The translations under genes and the position numbers were made by a program. This document shows, piece by piece, positions 39,723 to 51,592 of a stretch of DNA of 64,000 nucleotides. Positions within the stretch are counted from its first letter, which is position 1, and each line of letters opens with the position of its first letter. Origin of the DNA: Octopus vulgaris (Eukaryota); the NCBI GenBank assembly GCA_951406725.2, contig OX597819.1, positions 75,144,001 through 75,208,000 of the forward strand, in the 5' to 3' direction. The notes under the pieces are model-generated. The model was given only the letters and a program-made list of their open reading frames with translations. It was not told the origin of the DNA and did no database searches.

Positions 39723-39727
<5 letters not shown>
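38724..39727 (-). mobile_element. ORF-less, very AT-rich element between two (TA)n tracts, carrying a hammerhead motif (putative non-autonomous Penelope-like element or retrozyme)
   Basis: (TA)n on both sides; hammerhead core on the minus strand at 38944-39007. Confidence 0.55.
38944..39007 (-). ncRNA. Type-I hammerhead ribozyme motif with canonical core
   Basis: Minus strand: CAC-CTGATGA-[ACGACTGCGACT..AGTTAGCAGGCAT, imperfect stem II]-GAAAC-GATC-GTA-GTG; stem III is the palindrome ACGATCGT. Confidence 0.65.
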
Positions 39728-39785
<58 letters not shown>

Positions 39786-40142
39786 CATCATATGATCCAC
39801 TCTCCTAACCATTTACCTCATTTATCTGGGCATCAACAACAAAAGCTTCAACCTATTTCAACTCAGTCCTCCTTCCTTATTCTTTTAAGTTCATCTGTTA
39901 TCTTTACCGCTACTCTAACTTCTCCAACAAGTGCATCTATCTCACCTCCATACAAGATGACTTCAATGTATACAACTCTGCGTGGTCATTTAAATTCTTA
40001 GAAATATCAGCCAAATCCACCTCAAAGTACACTCTACTACCTTTAAAGGATGCGTTTGCATTAATGCACTCAGGAGTATATTGTTCCTGAAAAAAAAATG
40101 GACGAGATGGCCATGGCTTACATAAATCTGTTGACCATATAT

Positions 40143-40370
40143 CAGTGGTTCTCAACGCGTGCCCATATGAGGTTTTGTTGTTAAAGTTTAGGTGCAATAG
40201 ATTGATTATATTTCAACATTACACAGAATATTTTAACAATGTTTTTATACAATTCCAAACAATATTTTTAATTTAAAAAATATAATTGGATTTTTTTAAC
40301 ATGGCGGGGAGCAGTGGAGTAAAATAAAGGTCAAAAGGGTCCAAAGGCAAAAAATGGTTGAGAACTAGTG
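40143..40370. mobile_element. hAT/Charlie-type MITE inserted into a D repeat
   Basis: TIRs CAGTGGTTCTCAAC / GTTGAGAACTAGTG. 8-bp TSD CCATATAT (40135-40142) / CCATAGAT (40371-40378). The flanks rejoin into the D consensus. Confidence 0.8.
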
Positions 40371-41569
40371 CCATAGATTAACTGTGAGAAGGTTGAATTG
40401 GATCTAAGCAACAACAATTCCGCTGTTATCTCGCACTTCTTTAGAGACTGACATGAGTAACGCGGAATCTGAATTGTGTAGTATCCTTAACTGTTTACAT
40501 TTATTATTCTTGCCTCCTTGACCCTCTCATCAACACTCCAAAAGCTCTTGGCTTTTTTTTTGTTCACGGAAACATTTACTCTTTACCCAGCTACTCTCAT
40601 CTCTGTTCCCATCGGATCGTCTGGCTACTGACGTCCTAACACGCAACAGCACTTGCATCCCAAAAAACTGCTATCTGTTGCAAGCTCCGTCAATTCAAAA
40701 CTCTTGGAAGCAAATGAACTATCCGAGACACCTAAGCGGGTAAGTGGTATCATCTTCCTGGGTACATTTATCTTCACCGCTATCGCAGCTAAAGCCGATA
40801 GCACTGAATCAGTTATTCTACAACTATACAGAAGAAGAACTCCACTTCCAAAGCATAAGAGCTGTTTACCTACATCAAAGGGATATCTTTCTACATCGCT
40901 CAAGTCTCCTTGTCCTTTACCACTAACTAATTTCGTATAATCCTCCTGATAGCTTTATAAGTAATATTCTTGTTCATAAAGATTACTCACTGCACGTTTT
41001 GTTATCAACTGCACACTTGCCACACAACGAAAATCTTCATAAATTTCCGTTTCCTCTCCACTCTTGGAAATCGTGTCTCACAGACACAATATACAAGAGT
41101 GAAAACTTCTTCAACGTGAACTAATGAGGGCGCCTCTACGATATCCCACGACTCGCTTGATACAGTAGACTAATCTCCTTCAAATAACGTTCTTTCGTCC
41201 TGCAAAAGGATACCTTAAATAATACGATCCTGGGTTCAGTGTGCCTACACAAATCCTGGATTATTGCAGAATAACCTCGATCATACTTTTACTCAATAAA
41301 AGCAAATCTAATCTAAATAAAAATTACAAGCGAGCATCTGAAGTGGGGGCTTCATGTTTGTGTTTCTTGAAATGGGCCGCACGCTCCACAGTATAGAGTA
41401 TGACAGTATTTTGATGGGGCATGAGTTACCTCTGAATGAGGTGTGCGTTAATTAACAAGTAAATAAAACATACAATAAAGTTTTAACAAAAAATTCTCTT
41501 GAAAATTATACGCAGTATACTTTGTTCGTTCATGGTAGACAAATGTGTGCGCGTGTGTGAGTGTGTGTG

Positions 41570-41900
41570 TCTATGTGTATGTCTTAGTTCCCCAATCGCT
41601 GTTGGTTTGTTTGTATCTCCGTAACTTAGCGGCTCGATAAAAGAGACTGATTGAATAAATATAGGGCTGTCAAAATATAAGTACTGTGATCGGTTCATTC
41701 GACTAAAATCTTTCAAGGTAGTGCCCCAGCATGGCCACAGTCCACTGACTGGAGCAAATAAAAGATAAAAGGTATGTATATTTGTGTGCGCGTGTGTGCG
41801 GTTAAAGAGCTTACTTTATAATCACGTGGTTCTGGGTTCAGTCCCACTATACGGCACCTTGAACAAGTATCTTCTACTATTGTCCCGGGACGGCCCTGAG
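41570..41900 (+). mobile_element. Family A SINE 3' half followed by a family A head fragment
   Basis: CCGTAACTTAGCGG..GTGCCCCAGCATGGCCACAGTC; then GGGTTCAGTCCCACT..CACCTTG.ACAAGT.TCTTCTACTAT. Confidence 0.75.
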
Positions 41901-41989
41901 TGAAATTGGTAAAGTTATTTCCAGCCCCTATTTTGAACTCCGATTCCATTGCATCTTCCATTTAAAACTGACCTCCTACAACCTACAGC

Positions 41990-42037
<48 letters not shown>

Positions 42038-42415
42038 CACGCGCGCGTGTCTGTGTATGTGTTTTGTTTTTCGTGTTTTATCTATTTCTAGTATAAAATT
42101 TTTATTTTTCCCATTTCATACTTTTCTCCAAATATCTTTTTATTTCAGCGCCTTCCTTAACTTATTTTCGCTTTCATTTTTTCTATATTTTATTATTTCA
42201 TTTTAATTCTTCTTCTTCGCTTCAATTTTTATCTTTTTTCCCTGCCAAACCTCACCCACCTGTTCCATCCCATGAAGTCAAATCCACGACCTTCCTTAAC
42301 TTCTCAATCATTCACTCTTACTCCCTGCCTTCCATTTCCCCCTCCCTCTATACTGTCCATTCACCCTCCAGTATTTCTCGCATCGTATTTTTATCTATCT
42401 TTATTTTTATCTCTC

Positions 42416-42451
<36 letters not shown>

Positions 42452-42631
42452 TTCTATTTGCTCAATATCAATAGCTTTATTAATAGTTCCTTTTTTCAAA
42501 CATCACAACTACACTGGGATCACTCCGAGAATAACTTTCTTCCTCCCACCACTCTCAATTAACTAGAAAAATTCCATCAGTGCGGCTTTCCCACTGCTAA
42601 CTACCCAGTTACACAAACACACATTTATGTT

Positions 42632-42686
<55 letters not shown>

Positions 42687-42942
42687 GAGTAAAAAGAGAG
42701 ACAGAGACAGACAGAAAAAAGGAAAATGTCCTTTGCATTTGAAAACTATGGAAATATTTTTTTAAATTTTCATTTAATTTTTCCATAATTTAATTGTTTT
42801 TTATGCATTACTCTAAGTTGAAAAAAGTCGCAATGGCTGAAACCGGTACTAAATTGTTCTTCAAGATGAAATTATTTGAGCATTTTCTATCTTGTCTTCT
42901 TTTCCTTATACATATCAACTCGTGTGATCCTTTTCAATCTTC

Positions 42943-42976
<34 letters not shown>

Positions 42977-42980
<4 letters not shown>

Positions 42981-43708
42981 AAATAAGAAAATGGAGAAAT
43001 AAGTTGAAAAACTGTAACAGTGAATATGGAACATATGTATGTATATTGATTTATATTATTATGTATATGTATATATATATGTATAGGAGTATGAGTATAT
43101 GCACTCATATGTATGCGTATATGATATATTATGGGTATGTACCCACCCTTGTATGGGTGTACCTTCCCTGATATTTAATTTAATTTAGCTTGTATTTCAT
43201 AATCTCCGAAGAGGCCTTGGGATATTTTTGTAAGTGTCTCATTTATAACTACATATTGACCTATCACACATGGCTAATATGAGCAAAATGATAACCCATA
43301 TCTGCATGGCCGAAACAGCTGTAAGATGTAGTTTATATTTATATTTATATTTATTTATATTCACTTATACATACTGTACTTATTGTATCATATTACTCCT
43401 TCATGTACACTGTTTTGTTCTATATTATTATGTTTGACCTTAATGTTCATATGTAGTGGTTTAATAAATTATGTGATTGGGTATTATCTGGTAGTTGATA
43501 ATTGATTTAGATGTATTTCTCCATTTTCTTATTTTGTATTATTAATTTGTGGTAAAACATTTTACCTTTGCCCATATAATACAGTAAATGAATTAATTGC
43601 ATCGCAATTCTTAACATTTATGTATTAACTTTGTTGGGTACTTCACTAGCAGTATATTGGATATATGTTATCCCATGGAGGGTTGCATTTACAACCCCTA
43701 TCTCAATT

Positions 43709-43710
<2 letters not shown>
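42977..43710 (+). mobile_element. ORF-less (TA)n-flanked element with a hammerhead motif and an inverted 5' segment (Penelope-like architecture)
   Basis: Perfect 25-bp inverted repeat 42977-43001 / 43514-43538; hammerhead-like motif at 43202-43327; (TA)n on both sides. Confidence 0.6.
43202..43327 (+). ncRNA. Hammerhead-like motif with extended stem II (U4C variant)
   Basis: ATCT-CCGAAGA-GGCC-[91 nt]-GGCC-GAAAC-AGCT-GTA-AGAT; stem III palindrome ACAGCTGT. Confidence 0.6.
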
Positions 43711-43751
<41 letters not shown>

Positions 43752-43770
43752 AAAGAGAGTGAGAGAGAAG

Positions 43771-45803
43771 TCATCATTATCATCTATCGTCCATTTTCCA
43801 TGCTGGTATGGGTTGAACAGTTTAACTGGAGCTGGCCAGCTGAAGGGCTGCCTGGCTCCATATCTGTTTAGGCATGGCTTCTATGACTGAATGCCCTTCC
43901 TAACGCCAACCACTTTACGGAATGTGGTGGGTGCTTTTACCCAGCACCGGCACGAGTACGTTTACGTGGCATCTGTACTAGTGCTTTTTACGTGACACCA
44001 GCGCCCACGAGCCCGCAAGGTTAGGAATGTTCAACTGGCAAAGGATGCAGAGGACAGCCTGCATGCAAGGACAACCACGCTTTTTACTTAAGTTGATGTG
44101 TCTTTTCAAGCACAGCAAACCGCCAGGAATCTCGATCCACAGTCATCCCCTCTGTGAGTCCCAACATCCGTAGATCCTTTCTCACTACTTCGCTCCACAT
44201 CTTTCTAGGTCTACCCTTCCACATGTTCCCTCTACAATTTGAAATTGGCACCTCTTGATGTAGATACCTTCATTCATGCGCATCGCATAGCCGTACCAAC
44301 GCAGTTTTCTTTCTTGCACGTTCTATCAAATGCCTCGAATACCAGTTTTTCTCTCAAATCAATTACACTCTGTCCTATATGCACGCTGACATTATCCATA
44401 CTGGCTTCATTTCTTTCAAGCCTTCGCATGTCCTCTAGTCACAGCCCATATCTCACAGTCATGTAGCATAGCTGTTCGTACACAGGCATCATACAATCTG
44501 CATTTTACTCTGAGAGAGAGGCTCTTCGTTACTAACAGAGGTAGTAACTCTCTGAACTTTGCCCAGCCTATTCTTATTCTAGCAGCTATGCTTTCAGTAC
44601 AGCCTCCCCAACTACTAATTTGGTCGACTAAATAAGGGAAACTGTCTACTACTTATAAGGATCACCACTGACATTTGAGATAGCATTTTTTTGATTTTGT
44701 ACATTCTCGGTGTTTAATGCACCTGCACATTTGCCACATGTAAAGACTACTGTCTCTGTTAGTCTTCCAGTGATACCGCTGCACCTCTTATGTGTCAATA
44801 ACATGCACTGGGTGCATCTTATGGAATTTCTACCAACACCTTTTCTACATATCGAGCAGAGCCATCTCTCTGAAGAGATATGTGATTTGTTTGTTTTCCT
44901 ACTTATTAATACTTTGGTTTTTGCTAAATTAACTCTAAGGCCCTTTGAATATAGTCCGTGCTTCCATACCTGAAATTTCTTCTCTAGTTCTGGTAGTGAT
45001 TCAACAATAAGAACAAGGTCATCGGCATAGAGGTGCTCCCAAGGGCAGCCAGTCTTAAATTCCTCGGTTATAGCGAGGAGGGCCATGATGAATAAGACGG
45101 GGCTAAAAACCAATCCTTGGCGGACTCCTACTTGTACACTAAACTCCTTGTTATACTCATTGGCGACTCTCACCTTACAGACAGAATCCCTGTACATGGC
45201 TTGTACAGCTCTCACTAACAACTCATCTATCCCTAGCTTCCGCGTTGCCACCAGATAAGGGATCGGGGAAGTCCGTCAAAGGCTTTCTCCGTGTCAACAA
45301 AATCCAGATACAGAAGTTTATTTTTGGTCAAGTATTTCTCCTATAGTTGCCTCACCGGGAAGATAGCATCGGTGGTGCTTCTCACTGGCACAAAACCAAA
45401 CTGCATCTCATCTATGCTAACTCTCTTCCTAATTAATTGAGCTATGACCCTTTCTGCAACTTTCATCACCTGGTCTACCAATTTGATACCTCTGTAATTA
45501 TTTCTGTCTAGGGTATCACCCTCGCCTTTGTAGCAGCTGACTATGGTGCTGCTACAACAATCATTGTCTATGACTTCCTCGTGGACAACCTGATTGACTA
45601 TACGGGTGACCAAGTCAGATCCCACTCTGACAGATATTTTGAGCGTCTCAGCAGTGAAACCTAAGGGGTCGGAGGCTTTCCGTCTTCAGATCCTTAACTA
45701 CTTTACTAAGACATTGTCGATTCGGATAGCCGGCCCCACTGTTGAATCCACATTAGTCAGGCTCTCCTTCTCCCATGCATTCTCTACATTTAGCAAGCTT
45801 TCA
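43771..45803 (-). mobile_element. 5'-truncated, decayed RTE-clade LINE (RT pseudogene, 3' UTR, (GAT)n tail)
   Basis: NYRGIKL..QFGFVP.RSTTDAIF; EKAFD; GVRQG..SP.LF; LYADDLVL; stops and frameshifts. Confidence 0.92.
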
Positions 45804-45861
<58 letters not shown>

Positions 45862-46316
45862 AAGAAGAAGAAGAAGAAGAAGAAGAAGAAGAAGAAGAAG
45901 AAGAATGTTTATAATTATGAACAAATCACAATTATAACTAAGAATGTTTCAGAACCCTTACATGTTTAGAAATAGCAGTTAAAACCGCTATAAAGCCATT
46001 TTTATCACTCATATTATTTCTCTATACGATAAAAGCTGTCTGCGGGCGACATGACAAATAGAATCCACATCTTAAAAATAACTGGTTAATTCCCTATTGC
46101 AATTTCGACGTTAGAGACCTATTAAGGGATCCATTCGTGTCGCCAGGGGAATATTCCTATAGATAGAAATCAATACAAGACCTTACCTCGGGGCTAACAT
46201 GTATCCCGACAGGCAAAAGAAATGTGTCAACCTCATTCTACATATTCAAGTTTTGAATATGTACAGCGTTTATGAGAAAAGACCGGTAAATTCGAGCCAC
46301 CGCAAAATCGTACACA

Positions 46317-46400
46317 AGATGCACCCAGTGCAAGCTATTGACACATAAGAGGTGGAGTAGTATCACTGGAAGCTTAACAGAGAAAGTAGTCTTTACATGT
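46317..46400 (+). pseudogene. Short fragment of the same RTE (Cys/His finger region)
   Basis: Translates RCTQCKLLTHKRWSSITGSLTEKVVFTC. Confidence 0.75.
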
Positions 46401-46612
46401 TTGGCCATTGATATATTCATAAATAATTATTAATTGTTTATAATATATCCTCCGTAATGTATTATTACATTACTTTTTAATCACACACACACACACACAC
46501 ACACGGTGATTCTATGTATTTTATGATAATATGTTTGGCCATTGATAGATTCATAAATAATTGTTAATTGTTTATAATATATGCTCCGTAATGCATTATC
46601 ACATTACTTCTT
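46397..46612. repeat. About 80-bp direct duplication separated by (CA)n
   Basis: ATGTTTGGCCATTGATA.ATTCATAAATAATT..CTCCGTAATG.ATTAT.ACATTACTT at 46397 and 46531. Confidence 0.85.
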
Positions 46613-46679
46613 CATTATATGATCGACCGTTAGTCACTAAGCTTTTTTTTATTCTCTCTCTGTTTATTTTATCGTGTTC

Positions 46680-46715
46680 CTTTCTGTTGAAGAGCGTAGG
46701 CTCGAAACGTAAAAG
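46680..46715 (+). ncRNA. Minimal hammerhead-like motif with one core substitution
   Basis: CTTT-CTGtTGAA-GAGC-GTAG-GCTC-GAAAC-GTA-AAAG; the host segment ends at (TA)n at 46811. Confidence 0.55.
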
Positions 46716-46807
46716 ACTTTCTCACCTTCCCGAGCGTTAAACTAATACACCTGTTTATTGTTTACACACCTGTCTTCGTCTTTTGCTTTTTTTTTTTTGT
46801 AAATTCC

Positions 46808-46856
<49 letters not shown>

Positions 46857-47577
46857 TATACATGCATACATATATACATATATATCACTATACGTATATA
46901 TGCATAAATATAACTATACATATATATACATAAATATATCACTATACATATATCTATCTATATCTATAAAAGTGTGTGTGTGTGTGTGTGTGGTGCTTAT
47001 GTTCCTTATGGATTCGAAAACTGAATCGTTCATTTGGACGTATGAGGTCTCAAAAGGTTCAGTAATCTTTCGGCTATCAAATAAAATATGTTTTTTACTA
47101 CATAAATAACCTCGAAAACGAAGGCAGGTCGCAAAATTTTTAGGTGATTTGGGGGCAATATTCTGATTTTCTTCTAATTTACGTTGCCAGTTTTAATGTT
47201 TTTGTTATCAAAAAATGCAGCAATGTACAAAGATGGTTATGAGTGCATTTGTGATGCACAAAACCCTATTTGTCAACGGTAAATGACCAAAAACCATGTT
47301 TTTTGGCACAATTATTGGCACATTTTCCGTATCACCCATTCCGCTTCTTTTTTTTTTTTTCTTAAATTTCTCCGGATTTCTATATTTTCGATATACGGGA
47401 ATATGATTTTGGCCAAAAATCACGTTTTCGAAATTTTAATTTCCTTCCTCCCACCCCAATTTCATAATTTTTAACTTTTTTCAATTTTTTAAAATCCACG
47501 TAGAAAAATACAGAGATTAGGAATCTGTGAATTTTTAAAAAAATTTTTCTTAAAGAAACACTCAATACCCTTTCCCC

Positions 47578-47834
47578 TACCTCGGCGAAATTTCAATTCA
47601 GAACGTAAACGTAAAGACAGACGAAATACCTATTTCTTTACTACCCACAAGGGGCTGAACACAGAGAGGACAAACAAGGACAGACAAACGGATTAAGTCG
47701 ATTACATCGACCCCAGTGCATAACTGGTATTTATTTGATCGACCCCGAAAGAATGAAAGGCAAAGTCGACCTCGACGGAATTTGAACTCAGAATTTGAGC
47801 TCGGCGTGCTAACGACTCTGCCAGCTCGCCGCCT
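47578..47834 (-). mobile_element. Family B SINE fused to a head fragment of another B copy
   Basis: Same GACGAAATACCTATTTCT..TACTACCCACAAGG junction as at about 7157. Confidence 0.85.
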
Positions 47835-49007
47835 TACTTTTAATAGTATAATGAACTGGTACGGATGCTGAGAGTTTTTTTTAGCACCATCGTTTCTTAT
47901 CGTGCATGTGGTAAGGTGGTTGGCGCTGAGGTAACCCCCATCCAAACGACTCAGGCAAGATTTGCTGGTCAGCAGAGAATTCCTTTCACCTAAGGTAATG
48001 ATGCAGTTGTACAAAACAAGAGACACTGATGTAATATTAATGGACCTTATGGGGTTTGGTCTCAAGCAAGCTTCTGGCTGTCCATACTTTTTAGATGCAA
48101 CGGCATAACAGGAAAGCTCTAATCCCAATCATTTAGAAGATGTAAAACTGATACAGTGGTTAAGATAATTCGCCTACATGTGGGAATCTAAATGCCATTG
48201 ATTTACCATTTAACAGTAAGACACCAAGATAATTATGTAAATCCATTGACAAAAATAAATATGCAGGAGATTGAACTATCAAGGCTCAGTGATACATATT
48301 CTAAAAAAAGAGAAAAAAATAGATGCTTTAGCAGTGAGCTGTTTCAATTGTATCTTGATTATATTCGCTGGAAAACGTCAAGAAAAAATGTAGGTGATTT
48401 ATTTATGACATTTCAAAAATACCGAGTGTATAGCAGGAAAAGCTTTTATACAATAATTACTTGTTTTTAAATTCCATACTTTTGTTTTATCATAGTAACA
48501 GATATATATTAAATGATCATTGTTTAACGATCAAGGTTCTGACTGAGATGACATATGATACAGGACATTCCGGATGTGGTTATCCCATCTCTTTCGATAT
48601 GCAGGGAATACAAAACTACATTACCTATGTTCTTTTTTATTTTGGGCGACAGGGATTTATCTGCTCGGTTGTTTCAGCTTCGTGTGTTGTGTTTTTTAAT
48701 TATTACTTTCATTTTAGTTCCACTGGCTCGAAGTAGACTGCATACTATAGTAGCATCGATACATACTTATGCACATATGAATGTATTATCGTGCGGTTTG
48801 CATCCGTCTTTTCATGCTTGCATGGGTTAGACGAATTGAGGCATTGTTTTACAGTCAGGTGCCTTATTCCACGTAGCATAGCACTGAAATGGCGAATTGA
48901 GCGGATATGTTGACAACAACAGCATCGCTTGTACGTCGCAAATTTACGGCGAAGCAAGCAATATGTACACACACACACACACACACGCACACATGAATTA
49001 TCAAGAA

Positions 49008-49151
49008 ATTCTTCTTAGGAACTTGGATGCTCCACGTTTGTGGAATGGTACAAAGTTAGTAGTCAAACAACTAATATCACATTTAACTAAAGCAACAAAA
49101 CTGACAGAATATACTACTGGCAAGAATGTGTTTATCACAAGAATTCCAGTC
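49008..49151 (+). pseudogene. Helitron Pif1-like helicase fragment
   Basis: ILLRNLDAPRLWNGTKLVVKQL..ATKLT...GKNVFITRIP matches the Helitron helicase motif LLRNL.P..LCNGTRL.V..L..A.ILTG...G..V.IPRIP. Confidence 0.8.
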
Positions 49152-50053
49152 AGTGGGTATGTTTAGCTATGTTCATCAAAATTTCTCAGTGGCAGTAACG
49201 AAAATTAGATTACAAGAGGATCTCGGCTTCTCCCATACTGAATTATATGCTGATATATTGGGAATCAGTACAAAAATAGATTTAGATCTATGCATGGATA
49301 CAGATCTCTTCTTATGTATATATACATACATATATGCATACATATGTCTGAGGTTCTTATGTGAATATATGCGCACATTTGAGTATATGCATCGACAATT
49401 CAACCAACACACCAACTCAACCAAATATTTACAAACACTGGGAACTCTCCTAACTCAAAAGGTCTCGTGATTATGTTAGTAACTCGCTTGAACTCTCTCA
49501 AGAACTTCAATAAAACTCAGAGAAAAACAAATATATAAACATCCATACATACATATGTTATGGTGAATGAACATCACAAAGAAATTTACTTATACACATG
49601 CACACACAATATTCTTAGACAATCTGCAGATAATGAGCAATATTTGTGGCAAGGAAGTTATCAAAAATATACTGAATTTGTGTGTGCATATATGTGAGTG
49701 CATGCAGGTTTGTGTATAACTATGTTCCAAATTGTAGACCACTGTTTTGCACCTAGGTATCTGAAATTTCGCATATGGGAACATCATGAATAAGTGAACC
49801 CAGGCAATGCCATGTAAGGCTGCAAGTAAAATATAAATGAAATGAGAGGGATAAATTTAATGTATAAGGACCAAACATCACATCACAAAAGCCAAAACAG
49901 ATTCAAGAAACTTATTGAGAAGGTTACAGAAGTAGGATGAAAGACACTGACCTATTGATAAACTCAACTACAAACAATGCATGTGCTATAATAGCTATGA
50001 AAGCAGTACTAATAGCAAAAGGCAATCTTTATAGCCAATAATACATGGATGTA

Positions 50054-51269
50054 TTGGGTTGTTCTGAAAATAATGGCTGCTCTAAGTGTTGTGTTTTGAA
50101 ATGCAATTTTATCATAGTATTTCAATTGTATTTTAGGTAAATTTTGACAAACTTAATAATTTTCTACTTATTTCAGACAGAAAACATTCTTGAAGCATAG
50201 GCGCCCTTAATTATGAACATAACACAAAAGGACCTTCGCTTACGTTTCATGCATGAGTTCAAGCTTGGGCACAATGCCTCTCAAACTGCTGCCAATATCA
50301 ACAGAGCATGGGGAGAGGGATCCACAAGTGATTGCACAGTAGAAGGTGGTTTCAGAAATTCCGTGGTGGTGATGAGAGCCTTGAAGATGAAGATGGTCGA
50401 GGACCATCATGCAGTCTTGATGATAAACAATTGCTTTCTATTGTTGAAGAAAAGCCATGTCAAAGTGTCAGAGAAATGTCTCAGGCACTTGGTGTTTGTA
50501 TTGCAATGGACTCACACAATCTGCAGAAGATTGATATGGTTAAAAAGACCAATAAATGGGTACTGCATGAGCTCAACGAAAATCAAAAAGTTTGGCATTT
50601 TAAAGTGTGCTCAATGCTCTTTCTGCGAAACACCAATGATCCTTTTCTTGACTGAATAGTCACTTGTGACGAAAAGTCAATGGCTTGCAAACATTTCCCA
50701 AAGCCAAAGTTGCATCAGCAAAAGATTATGGTGATTGTCTGGTGGTCTGCAATTGATGCTGTCCATTACAGCTTTCTGGAAGCCAACCAGAGAGTATTAC
50801 TGCAGAGGTTTACTGCAATCAACTCACTGAAATGAATGCTCAATTGCAACAAATGAGACCGGCATTGGTGAATCAGCTTGGCCCAATTCTGCTCCATGAT
50901 AATGCATATCCACATGTTGCAAGAATGACACTGCAAAAATTCACAGACTTGGGGTGTGAGACTCAACCACATCCTCCATATTCTCCTGATCTTTCACCCA
51001 CTGACTACCATTTTTTAAAGCATTTAAACACGTTCTTAAGTGATAAAACTTTCAGGTCCAAACCAGAGGTGGAATCAGCTTTCAAAGATTCCTTAGCATA
51101 AAAGCCAATGAGTTTTTATCAACGAGGCATAAATAATTTCATTGCTCGATGGCAGAGATGCATAGATGTTCACAGCTCATACTTTGACTAATCAAAACAT
51201 TTCTATTGTTAATTTTTCCAGAATAAAATTATGTTACTGAAATTGGCCATTATTTTCGGAAAAACCTAA
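50054..51269 (+). mobile_element. Near full-length inactive mariner (DD34D) element
   Basis: TA-flanked TIRs TTGGGTTGTTCTGAAAATAATGGC / GCCATTATTTTCGGAAAAACCTAA; about 1.2 kb. Confidence 0.92.
50213..51191 (+). pseudogene. Mariner transposase pseudogene
   Basis: HEFKLGHNASQTAANINRAWGEG; RRWFQKFRGGDESLED; WVLHEL; IVTCDEK; LLHDNA; HPPYSPDLSPTDYH. Frameshifts, stops and an internal deletion. Confidence 0.92.
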
Positions 51270-51304
51270 TATTATTAAAGCACTAACTACTACAATATCT
51301 GCCT

Positions 51305-51391
51305 TGAGAGGTCCACTCATATAGAAGTATGATGCTAAGAGCACAAACATGTATTGTACTCTTAACACCATACTTCTATATTGACCTCTCA
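51305..51391. repeat. Imperfect inverted repeat, about 35-40 bp arms with a short loop
   Basis: TGAGAGGTC..ATATAGAAGTATGATGCTAAGAGCACA pairs with TGTACTCTTAACACCATACTTCTATAT.GACCTCTCA. Confidence 0.8.
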
Positions 51392-51539
51392 GTGCAAATA
51401 GCACAGCATTCAATGCTATAATGATACATCCATGTTTTGTAGGATATAAAGATTGCCTTATATATATATATTATGTACTGATTGTATACTTACATGTTTG
51501 TGCATTGTATGTGTCTGTATCTGTGTGAATATGTGTGTG

Positions 51540-51592
<53 letters not shown>

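Noticed and set aside
39790-41100. Faint Penelope RT/GIY-YIG-like peptide bits (QQHLHP, ISNILVH, VINCTL); similar hints near 27700-28150
   Set aside because: Too degraded to support by eye; a frameshift-aware HMM search is needed.
47040-47575. Possible DNA-transposon internal or subterminal sequence
   Set aside because: No TIR pair, TSD or coding motif could be identified.
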